A stretch of DNA of 64,000 nucleotides from an uncultured bacterium (GTDB lineage: Bacteria > Hydrogenedentota > CAZGCA01 > CBFDCQ01): contig CBFDCQ010000003.1 in assembly GCA_965603355.1 (NCBI GenBank), forward strand, positions 20,802 to 84,801, read 5' to 3'. Within the stretch, counting starts at the first letter, position 1. Each line of letters opens with the position of its first letter. Made by a program: the position numbers and the translations under genes. The notes beneath the pieces are model-generated. The model did not search any database, was not told the DNA's origin, and was given only the letters and a program-made list of their open reading frames with translations. Shown in pieces: positions 55,600 to 63,159 of the stretch.

Positions 55600-56108
55600 G
55601 ACAGCCGCCGAGAAGAATGCAGGACATAGACGCGGAGCGCGTGACGCTGTTCTGCTCGATAGGGACACATTTCGAGGCTGCTGTGCACGAGCTCAAACAG
55701 CAGTTTCCCCGGGCAAAGCTCACCGCTGTGGCGCCGCCGTCCATTGCGGAACCGTTGGCCGAACCGGGGCTTCTCGATAATGTGATTGAAATGACGAAAA
55801 ACAAGCTTCGCGTTGTGAAGGACTTCCCGGAGTGTGTGCGGCTTCTCAGAGCGATTCGCGAAAAAAAAAGCGACCTTATCGTAACGATGTACGACAGCAG
55901 GGCGCTGAATCTGCTCCAATCGTTGAGCGGGGCCCGCAACCATGCGGTATTCGACACTCGGCACGTTTTATGCCCAGTCAGAGTTGGCAGATTATACCTC
56001 TTGACGCTGGTGTTCGGGGGCGCCGGCAGACTCCTCCTGGGAGGTATAATGTACGCCCTAATCCAGGGTACGCTTACGGCGTGGACGGTTTTTCAAAAGC
56101 GGCGATGA
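55596..56108 (+). CDS. hypothetical protein resembling the N-terminal half of a GT9-type glycosyltransferase, with C-terminal TM helix
   Basis: ATGA overlap with the GT4 stop. The pattern VTLFCSIGTHFEAAVHELKQQFPRAKLTAV...LRAIREKKSDLIVTMYDSRALNLLQSLSGAR is reminiscent of heptosyltransferase-family N-domains. Weak, by eye only. Confidence 0.4.
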   Translation: MRQPPRRMQDIDAERVTLFCSIGTHFEAAVHELKQQFPRAKLTAVAPPSIAEPLAEPGLLDNVIEMTKNKLRVVKDFPECVRLLRAIREKKSDLIVTMYDSRALNLLQSLSGARNHAVFDTRHVLCPVRVGRLYLLTLVFGGAGRLLLGGIMYALIQGTLTAWTVFQKRR

Positions 56109-56882
56109 CCGCAACCCCTCGATCAAAACGCTCGGTGGCGAGCCCCCCTCGCCTCCAATTTGCGTCAGAGGAACAGGCAGGTCGTCTAGCCCCGGAGGGG
56201 CCTGCTGCTCGGGCGGCGTGGCCGGTGGCGGCGCTTCAACTGGCGCTGCGGCGACGGACTCGGGTGCCGGAGACAGCGCTACCCCTGTCAGAAGCCTTAT
56301 GCCTGGTTCGCGGTTCCAGTCCAGATCGGGATTGAATCTGTAAAGGAACCGTAGAGAACCCTTCTGTTCGGTCCTCTGGAAGTCAGTGTCCCTTCTCACC
56401 AGGTTCCCGGACGCTGGATCTCCCGACGACCGCCTCCGCGTTTCCCACACGTCGTAATTGTATTTGACAATCACCTCATAAGGGTCTTTGAGCAACGACC
56501 CAGTATCTCTCACGTCTACTATCTCGTAAGATCTAAAGTCACGCCTAGACTTAAAGAAAAAGCCCAACTTCATAGGGTTGGGGTCCGGGAGACCCTTGAA
56601 ACGTATCGGTTTCCCGTATACTCGCTCAGCCGCGTTGAGCTGCTTCATCCGAGCAACAGCCAACGCGTCAACGCCGCCTTTCACCTTCCCGATGATTTCA
56701 GTCTTGTGGCGGACCATTGACCGTTTCATGGCCGTTTCCACCGCGTCGGGCAGCCCTTCAAGGCTGACCCGAATACATCCGTGCAACACCACACCCGCCA
56801 ACAGTACCAGAACTACGCGTGGGAACAACACCGTAGTCATCGCCTTGTAACGTACCAGATTCAGCCTTAGTTTTGCCCACAT
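56058..56882 (-). CDS. hypothetical lipoprotein with Pro-rich C-terminal region
   Basis: ATG 56882 with GGAGGG about 10 nt upstream. Signal plus LHGC lipobox-like site. The 3' end overlaps the convergent gene by 51 nt. Confidence 0.45.
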   Translation of the reverse strand: MWAKLRLNLVRYKAMTTVLFPRVVLVLLAGVVLHGCIRVSLEGLPDAVETAMKRSMVRHKTEIIGKVKGGVDALAVARMKQLNAAERVYGKPIRFKGLPDPNPMKLGFFFKSRRDFRSYEIVDVRDTGSLLKDPYEVIVKYNYDVWETRRRSSGDPASGNLVRRDTDFQRTEQKGSLRFLYRFNPDLDWNREPGIRLLTGVALSPAPESVAAAPVEAPPPATPPEQQAPPGLDDLPVPLTQIGGEGGSPPSVLIEGLRSSPLLKNRPRRKRTLD

Positions 56883-57203
56883 TTCTATCAGTCCCTCCAA
56901 CAACTCTCCTCCAATTCGCTACATCTCAACAGAACTCACACGGATAATTATAATTCCGGTTTGCAGCCCTGTCAACTGATTCGTCGACTCACCTCTTAGA
57001 ACGCATATTCGCGGCAAACGGGTTACACCGTGCGGTTGACACCGCGCGCCGCTTCTGATATCGTTTGATCCGGGCAATTTGCAGGACTTTGAATATGAAA
57101 GGTGCGGATCACGCCGTAATCACTCCTTGAGGTCTGTCGTGAAGAAACGTAAACTCGCTGTCCAGCCCGCACATCCGACTTTCTGAGGGAACCGAGGTGG
57201 GAG

Positions 57204-57773
57204 ATGGTGCAAAAGAAAACGCCAACGTCGCCCGAAACGCGCCCGACGAAACGTACGGTCGGGTACGTCGTTTTGCTCGTAGTGTGCTATTTTCTCCTCT
57301 ACCTGTTTGCGTGGCGGGGCATGCGGTTCTTCCTCATTCCATCGACCTCGATGGAGCGGACATTGATGCAATATGATTACATCGTCACACTGAACTACGG
57401 TCATCCGGCGCGCGCGCCGAGGAGGCTTGATATTATCGTATTCATGGATCCCGAGGATCCCGAACAGTACGATGTCAAACGCGTCATAGGGTTGCCGGGT
57501 GACGAGGTCGCAATACTACCCGGGGCGGTTTTCGTCAACCGCGAGGTTCTGTACGAACCTTACGTCAAAGAGCCTCCCGTGTACAAGTACGACCCGGAGG
57601 TTGTCCCGGAGGACCATTATTTCGTGCTGGGAGACAACAGGAATTTCTCGAGCGACAGCAGTCTATGGCGCCGTTCCGTGCCAAGGTCCGACATAGTGGG
57701 TCGCGCGGTGTTCATTTACGGTCCGATAAGCAGGATGGGACGCATACGCAGGCCTCCGGAGCAGGTTGAATGA
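57204..57773 (+). CDS. lepB: signal peptidase I
   Basis: 189 aa with catalytic Ser box PSTSMERTL, KRVIGLPGD and GDNRNFSSDS. Confidence 0.85.
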   Translation: MVQKKTPTSPETRPTKRTVGYVVLLVVCYFLLYLFAWRGMRFFLIPSTSMERTLMQYDYIVTLNYGHPARAPRRLDIIVFMDPEDPEQYDVKRVIGLPGDEVAILPGAVFVNREVLYEPYVKEPPVYKYDPEVVPEDHYFVLGDNRNFSSDSSLWRRSVPRSDIVGRAVFIYGPISRMGRIRRPPEQVE

Positions 57774-58636
57774 CAAGACCTCATTACTATCAGGAAGATC
57801 ACCGTTCGGGCTGGCAGTTCCGGGTCGGGATAACCCCTGGAGTGCGGCTGCTCCTGCTTGCGAACGCGATCGCCTTTGTGGCCGTGCTGTTGCTGCAGAG
57901 CATCCTGATGGTGGCCGCCAAAGGGTCCGGAATCTCGCTTGATTTCATACTGGGATTGAGTCGGCCGGGCGTTTTCCAGAAGTTCATGATTTGGCAGCCG
58001 CTCACATACCTGTTCGTTCACGGCGGCCTACTGCATCTCGTCTGGAACATGTTCGTTCTATGGATGTTCGGCGGCGATGTGGAGCGGACGTGGGGAACGC
58101 GGCGGTTCCTCTTCTTCTACTTTCTTACCGGGGTAGGTGCAGGTCTGTTCATCCTGCTGCTCAGCGGACCTCAAACGGTTACCATCGGCGCGTCCGGTGC
58201 AGTCCTTGGCGTGCTCGTGGCGTTCGCGATGCTTTTCCCGAACAGGCCCATCACGTTGCTGCTGTTCTTCGTGTTTCCTGTAACTCTCAAAGCGAAACAT
58301 CTCGCAATCGGCATTGCCGCGATCACGTTTCTTTCGCTGATTAGCCGCTCAGAGGGCGGTAATATATCGCATCTGGGGCATTTCGGCGGTATGGTCCTAG
58401 GATATCTGTACGTGAGGTACAGCGATACGACGCGGTCGCGATTCGACAATTTCGCGGGGAATATGGGCAGCGCTTCACGCGTCAGGACGCCGCGTGGCCA
58501 GAAACGGCAACCAGCGGACCGTTATTCACCCGAAAAAGTGGACGCCATACTGGACAAGATCGCCGCGCAAGGCATCGACTCGCTTACCGAGGAGGAAAGA
58601 GAGGTGCTCAAAAATGCCTCTTCCAGGATGCGATGA
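57770..58636 (+). CDS. rhomboid-family intramembrane serine protease with cytoplasmic C-terminal tail
   Basis: HLVWNMFVLWMFG, catalytic GASGAVLGVL and HFGGMVLGYL motifs. ATGA overlap with lepB. Confidence 0.85.
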   Translation: MTRPHYYQEDHRSGWQFRVGITPGVRLLLLANAIAFVAVLLLQSILMVAAKGSGISLDFILGLSRPGVFQKFMIWQPLTYLFVHGGLLHLVWNMFVLWMFGGDVERTWGTRRFLFFYFLTGVGAGLFILLLSGPQTVTIGASGAVLGVLVAFAMLFPNRPITLLLFFVFPVTLKAKHLAIGIAAITFLSLISRSEGGNISHLGHFGGMVLGYLYVRYSDTTRSRFDNFAGNMGSASRVRTPRGQKRQPADRYSPEKVDAILDKIAAQGIDSLTEEEREVLKNASSRMR

Positions 58637-58651
58637 GAAGGAGACAGGATA

Positions 58652-59239
58652 GTGAGCGAGGAGAGGTACTTCGTTCATCCATCGTCGCACGTCGACAGTG
58701 GCGCTTCGATCGGCGACGACACGCACGTGTGGCACTTCTGTCACGTGATGTCGGGCGCCAGGATCGGCCGCAACTGCGAGATCGGACAGAACGTATTCGT
58801 GGACCGGAACGTTGTCATAGGGGATAACGTCAAGATCCAGAATAACGTTTCTCTGTACGAAGGGGTGACGCTGGAGGACAGCGTTTTCGTCGCGACATCG
58901 ACCGTGTTCACAAACGAGTTGTCACCGCGCGCCGCGTTTCCTCGTCACAGAGAGGGCGGTTTCCAAAAGACGCTGGTGAAACGTGGCGCCACAATCGGCG
59001 CTAACGCGACAGTATTGTGCGGGACAACCGTCGGCGTGTACGCGTTCATAGGCGCCGGCGCCGTCCTTACACGCGACGCACCCGATCATGGTCTGATGAT
59101 GGGTGTGCCGGCGCGCGTCTCAGGGTGGGCGTGCGCGTGCGGCAGAAAGATTGTGTTCAACGAGCTGAATAAGGCGCGATGCGGCGCTTGCCGCAGAGAC
59201 TACGCCCGCGTCGCGGGCGAGGTCCGGGAGAAGAAGTAG
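58652..59239 (+). CDS. left-handed beta-helix (hexapeptide) sugar N-acetyltransferase, WbpD/WlbB-like
   Basis: 195 aa. FVHPSSHVDSGASIGDDTHVWHFCHVMSGARIG hexapeptide repeats and a Cys-rich C-terminus. GTG start with AAGGAG upstream. Confidence 0.8.
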   Translation: MSEERYFVHPSSHVDSGASIGDDTHVWHFCHVMSGARIGRNCEIGQNVFVDRNVVIGDNVKIQNNVSLYEGVTLEDSVFVATSTVFTNELSPRAAFPRHREGGFQKTLVKRGATIGANATVLCGTTVGVYAFIGAGAVLTRDAPDHGLMMGVPARVSGWACACGRKIVFNELNKARCGACRRDYARVAGEVREKK

Positions 59240-59301
59240 CCTTTCACCAGCCCGCTGCCTGACCTGGAGGGGCACGGGTAGACAGAAATGTCTGCCCCAC
59301 C
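59216..59301 (+). repeat. direct repeat, left copy (last 24 nt of the acetyltransferase CDS + 37 nt + REP hairpin)
   Basis: 51 nt are identical to 60739-60789, followed by a diverged REP hairpin (GGGTAGACAGAAATGTCTGCCCCACC, 59276-59301). Confidence 0.85.
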
Positions 59302-59317
59302 ATGAGACCGACCATTG

Positions 59318-60124
59318 CTACGGCTGCCCTTTCTGTGCAATTGTCCAGCAACCAGAGGATCGGTCGAATTCCAGAACGCGGTCACGCATGTACTGAAAAA
59401 GGAAAGCCTTATCGTACAACGATTCGTTCAATGGAGTAGTGACGTCTTCCCAACCGTTCAATTCCTCAGGGGATATTGTTCTTGAGGCTTGTGAGAGCAG
59501 TTCTCCGCTCACGATTAGCAGCCACAGCTCGTCCACATGCTCTGTCTTATAGTTTTTCGTCTTACGCACCTTCTCCTGGACGCGGGCTGGAAGGTCGCGC
59601 TCGGATGGACCAGCGAAGGCTACTCCAAGATTGTGGTTCCAAGTGGCGTCAAAACCCTTGTTCACAAGCTTGAGGGTCGTAAGATAGCGTGCTGATACAG
59701 GGTAGGCTGCTGAGTGCTCCGCGAGAGAGAGCACCCTCTTGTCTCCTCGTTCAGGACGCTGTGCCACGGAGAGGTTGACCAAGTCGTGGACGAATATCGC
59801 TCGCTCTTGAGGTCGGGGAAGTCGGAAATCCCTGAATTTCAGGTAGCCGTGCACGCCGCAAAGCCCTCTGTGCCCCCGCACCGCCTTCATCAGTTTCTCT
59901 AGGAGCCTGTTCAAGTCCTCTTCCATCGCGCGACGGGGGCGGCCGTTAGCGTCTGTGGCGTCCGAGTGGAACATGGTCGCTTCCAAGCCGATGCGACGCC
60001 CCTCCAGTGTCACGATAAAATCCGGACACTCGTCCTGCTCGATGGCCTCCGCACTCCACATCATTGCGTTCAAGAACTTATCTAGATAGAACCTCTCCTC
60101 TCTCTTTTGTCTCTCCCTTCCCAT
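59318..60124 (-). CDS. hypothetical protein (268 aa), possible PD-(D/E)xK-like nuclease fold
   Basis: Only evidence is an N-terminal pattern E..ECPDFIVTLEGRRIGLEATMF and a later hydrophobic strand DELWLLIVSG. Lies 15 nt downstream of the RAYT gene on the same strand. Confidence 0.5.
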   Translation of the reverse strand: MGRERQKREERFYLDKFLNAMMWSAEAIEQDECPDFIVTLEGRRIGLEATMFHSDATDANGRPRRAMEEDLNRLLEKLMKAVRGHRGLCGVHGYLKFRDFRLPRPQERAIFVHDLVNLSVAQRPERGDKRVLSLAEHSAAYPVSARYLTTLKLVNKGFDATWNHNLGVAFAGPSERDLPARVQEKVRKTKNYKTEHVDELWLLIVSGELLSQASRTISPEELNGWEDVTTPLNESLYDKAFLFQYMRDRVLEFDRSSGCWTIAQKGQP

Positions 60125-60139
60125 AGCTATGGCCCCCCG

Positions 60140-60694
60140 CTACTCTCCCCGGTTGGTGGGGCAGACATTCCTGTCTGCCACCTCTTTCATATACCAACCG
60201 TCGTACTGTAATGGGTCGTCAATCAACCCATACTTAAGTGGATTGTGCAACATGTATTGGAGTTTCTCCACGAACTCATCATTGTCGCGCATGATCCTGT
60301 CGTAGTACTCATCCTGCCAGACATGACCTTTAGTCCCTCTCTTCTCATTGAGCTTCCTGGCTGTGACACCCTTAATACCTTTCATAACCTGCGTCAGCGA
60401 TCTTGCAGGACCCGGGTACAGCAACATGTGAACATGGTCCGGCATGACCTGAACCGCGCGCAGCTCGTAGAACCGAGGGTCCCCGGAGCGAATGTGCTGC
60501 AGTACTAGTCGTCGCTCCTCCGCTGAGAGCTTGCCTGACTGCAGCCTGAAAGTCACAAAATAGGTCGCTCCAGGAAAGCGCCAGTGTGGGAGCCTGCGGC
60601 GCGTGATTCTTAGTCGGGGATCAGGCAAGGTTCTCTCGCTCCTCGTAGTCCTGACCTTGCGGTCAGGGACAGACAGGAATGTCTGCCCCACCAT
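60140..60694 (-). CDS. REP-associated tyrosine transposase (RAYT, IS200/IS605 Y1 HUH family)
   Basis: RRRLPHWRFPGATYFVTFRL, HUH motif PDHVHMLL, and catalytic Tyr region VWQDEYYDRIMRD..HNPLKYGL. Flanked by inverted REPs. Confidence 0.85.
   Translation of the reverse strand: MVGQTFLSVPDRKVRTTRSERTLPDPRLRITRRRLPHWRFPGATYFVTFRLQSGKLSAEERRLVLQHIRSGDPRFYELRAVQVMPDHVHMLLYPGPARSLTQVMKGIKGVTARKLNEKRGTKGHVWQDEYYDRIMRDNDEFVEKLQYMLHNPLKYGLIDDPLQYDGWYMKEVADRNVCPTNRGE
60155..60182. repeat. REP hairpin at the RAYT 3' end
   Basis: GGTGGGGCAGACATTCCTGTCTGCCACC. It is the reverse complement of the copy at 60666-60692. Confidence 0.8.
60666..60692. repeat. REP hairpin at the RAYT 5' end
   Basis: GGGACAGACAGGAATGTCTGCCCCACC. 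The first codons of the RAYT ORF (MVGQTFLSV) are encoded by it. Confidence 0.8.
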
Positions 60695-60738
60695 CAGATA
60701 TTATCATCTTAGTGCGTGATGATCCAACTTGCGTGGCC

Positions 60739-60824
60739 GGCGAGGTCCGGGAGAAGAAGTAGCCTTTCACCAGCCCGCTGCCTGACCTGAAGCGGCACGG
60801 GCAGACAGGAATGTCCACCCCACT
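60739..60824 (+). repeat. direct repeat, right copy (relic acetyltransferase 3' end + degenerate REP)
   Basis: Retains codons for AGEVREKK-stop plus downstream sequence. The REP is degraded (GGGCAGACAGGAATGTCCACCCCAC). Confidence 0.85.
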
Positions 60825-60972
60825 GTCTAATCTCCTCGGATATGATACCAGGAGCAAAACTGATGGGACAGACCTTCCCTCGTGAGCGAGGTCCGGGAAA
60901 AAGAGTGATTGTCTTTCCCCGCGCCCGTTTCAAAGACCTTGTCGTTCTCAAGCTGCAGTAGTTGGGGACGCC

Positions 60973-61479
60973 TTACTTGCGCTGGCCGCCCCCGCCGAGG
61001 CCTTTTGCCTGTGGTCGTGCCTGCTTGCCTTTGCCGCCCCCGCCGAGGCCTTTTGCCTGTGGTCGCGCCTGCTTGCCTTTGCCGCCGCCTTTCGCCGGTG
61101 CTCCCAGTTGCTTGCCCTTACCGCGACCGGGTTGTTGTCTCGCGAGCTGTTTGGGCGGGAATTTCTTCATGTAGCGCGTATGGTTGCGCCAGGGTCTGTT
61201 GTTGCCAGGCCTTATGACCACGTGTCTGTGTCCGGAGGTCAATCTAGCAGGACGCCTGTTGACGACAACCCACTGGCCGCCCCGGAAAACAGTGTATGTG
61301 CCGAGATCGCGGCACCAGTAGATCTCGACGTCCGGGTAGTAGTGGTAAACGTGTTGCACGCGGCGGCCGCGAGCCCGCGCGTGCGGTGGCGGACCCGGCC
61401 GGGGGTAGTGGTGATGTACCGTCTCGCATCCCGTAAGAACCGCGATAAGCAGCACTGAAATCAGGTATCTCATTGTCAT
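60973..61479 (-). CDS. hypothetical lipoprotein with His/Tyr/Pro-rich core and Gly/Lys-rich repeat tail
   Basis: MTMRYLISVLLIAVLTGC lipobox. The C-terminus has GGGKGKQARPQAKGLG x2 plus a degenerate copy. Confidence 0.5.
   Translation of the reverse strand: MTMRYLISVLLIAVLTGCETVHHHYPRPGPPPHARARGRRVQHVYHYYPDVEIYWCRDLGTYTVFRGGQWVVVNRRPARLTSGHRHVVIRPGNNRPWRNHTRYMKKFPPKQLARQQPGRGKGKQLGAPAKGGGKGKQARPQAKGLGGGGKGKQARPQAKGLGGGGQRK
60985..61128. repeat. 48-bp tandem repeat (2 near-perfect copies + 1 degenerate) inside the lipoprotein gene
   Basis: GCCGCCCCCGCCGAGGCCTTTTGCCTGTGGTCGyGCCTGCTTGCCTTT occurs at 60985 and 61033. The third unit is diverged. Confidence 0.8.
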
Positions 61480-61601
61480 CCTCCTTATGGACTTACGCGC
61501 TGCACCACCAAAGTCGATCCTTCAACCACACACCTAAATTATACCACCACTATATAGATCATGCAAAATGCAGGATAGGTTCCCTGCCGGCATATGTGTT
61601 A

Positions 61602-62003
61602 TCAGACGACAGCCGGCTCTTCCGATGGGGGCGGGCTGGAAGGGCGAAACAAGCGGAATACGGCCTTTGGAGCGTCCCAGAGGACCGCTTTCAGAGCCCG
61701 GAAAGGTGTTCCGAGGACCATCCCGCCCCAGTACCAGCCGCGTCTGGGCGCTGTCAGCCAACTCTCGGCCACCCGCGCCGGATTATCGCGGAAAAGAATC
61801 AGGCTGGCGGTTCCGTAGACCAGGCTGATGGGAGTGAGCGCCACCGCACCCACCGCGGCGCCCAAGTAGGTCGGGACCGCTACGAGCGGGCCGTGCGCCT
61901 CGGCAAGAGCCTCACGGTACTCGCTCATTGCCGTGTCCGCGCGGGCCGTGTACGCCGTCGTTGCCAGCAACACAAAGATGGCCACACAGGTTCTTTTCCT
62001 CAT
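61602..62003 (-). CDS. hypothetical secreted/membrane protein (133 aa)
   Basis: Signal peptide MRKRTCVAIFVLLATTAYTARA and one or two hydrophobic segments. ATGA overlap with the lpxK stop. Confidence 0.4.
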   Translation of the reverse strand: MRKRTCVAIFVLLATTAYTARADTAMSEYREALAEAHGPLVAVPTYLGAAVGAVALTPISLVYGTASLILFRDNPARVAESWLTAPRRGWYWGGMVLGTPFRALKAVLWDAPKAVFRLFRPSSPPPSEEPAVV

Positions 62004-63154
62004 GCTTTCTCCTCCGTGTGATCGTCGCCAACGATTCTGATCTCCACCGCTACCGCGTATATCGGGCGCCGCGTGGAGATGTTATGAGGCATTCGCGCTA
62101 CATCCTTTTCCGTCGTTACGATCGCGTCAGCATCGCAGTCGGCGGCATATTCGTCTATCGTGGCCAGATCGGCCGGCGTGTAACGATAATGGTCCGGGAA
62201 CCCTTTGAACCGCACGGTGGACACGCCGAGAGAGCTCAAAGTCCGCTCGAAAAAGCCCGGATCGGCTATGCCGCAGAAGGCCACGACCTTCTTCTCCTTG
62301 AGATACGACACGGGTGTCATCTCGCCAGTTGGAAAGGATTTAAGATGAATCGCGACGTAATTCGTCCGCGCAATGGCCGCGTGCGGCGATAGCGCTCGCA
62401 GCCTACTCTCAAGCGCCGCAAGCCCGGCATCGCTATCCCCGGCGACCCCTTCCGGCAGAATTTTAGTAAGAAGTATTCGGCTGGCGCGTCTGAGCGACGT
62501 CGGAGGTTCGCGCAGCATCCCCCGAGGCAGTAAGTGTCCGTTGCCAAACGGGTTAGTAGCGTCAATGGCGACAATGTCCTCGTCCCGATGCAGTCGCAGG
62601 TGCTGAAACGCGTCGTCGAGAACTATCGCCTCGGCGCCGAACTGTTTCACGGCAAACGCGCACGCGGCAAACCGATCCTTTGAGACGATCACGGCGGCAT
62701 CGGGTACCCTTTTCGCCAGCACGTAAGGCTCATCTCCCGCCTCCTCCGCGCTAAGAAAGATCTGCCCGGAACCATCGCTCACAACCCGCACGTCTGCTGG
62801 AGGGCGAATCGCCTCCGGCAGATTCGACTGCGTGACGGCGCCCCGGACCTTTCCATACCCTCTGCTGACTATGGCGACCTTTTTGCCTTTTTGCAGCCAG
62901 GATCTGGCGTACATCTCGGCCAACGGTGTCTTGCCGGAGCCGCCGACCGTGATGTTGCCGACGCTGACGACATGGGCCGCGACACGTTTTCTCAAGCCCG
63001 GGACGCGCAAGTACAGAAAACGCCTCAGGCTGACTGCGAGGCCATACGCCCACGAGCACAGAAGCAGAAAGAGGCGGGCCGGCGCCCAGATCGCGCCGCC
63101 CGTATCAGCTTTCTCCATCATTTCGCGCGCATCGTGGATAACGGTGAGGTTCAT
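62000..63154 (-). CDS. lpxK: tetraacyldisaccharide 4'-kinase
   Basis: 384 aa with N-terminal TM helix and P-loop VGNITVGGSGKTP. Confidence 0.9.
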   Translation of the reverse strand: MNLTVIHDAREMMEKADTGGAIWAPARLFLLLCSWAYGLAVSLRRFLYLRVPGLRKRVAAHVVSVGNITVGGSGKTPLAEMYARSWLQKGKKVAIVSRGYGKVRGAVTQSNLPEAIRPPADVRVVSDGSGQIFLSAEEAGDEPYVLAKRVPDAAVIVSKDRFAACAFAVKQFGAEAIVLDDAFQHLRLHRDEDIVAIDATNPFGNGHLLPRGMLREPPTSLRRASRILLTKILPEGVAGDSDAGLAALESRLRALSPHAAIARTNYVAIHLKSFPTGEMTPVSYLKEKKVVAFCGIADPGFFERTLSSLGVSTVRFKGFPDHYRYTPADLATIDEYAADCDADAIVTTEKDVARMPHNISTRRPIYAVAVEIRIVGDDHTEEKA

Positions 63155-63159
63155 GTAGG

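Larger units (their letters stand above)
59304..60738. mobile_element. ~1.5-kb REP/RAYT-associated insertion (RAYT + 268-aa unknown gene)
   Basis: Bracketed by ~86-bp direct repeats and contains four copies of the GGGGCAGACA..TGTCTGCCCC hairpin family. The RAYT ORF starts and ends inside inverted copies. Confidence 0.7.

Noticed and set aside
55596-56108. The 51-nt convergent overlap between the 170-aa ORF and the lipoprotein gene as evidence that one of them is spurious
   Set aside because: Both have independent support (ATGA coupling to GT4; RBS plus lipobox). I kept both at low confidence rather than discarding either.
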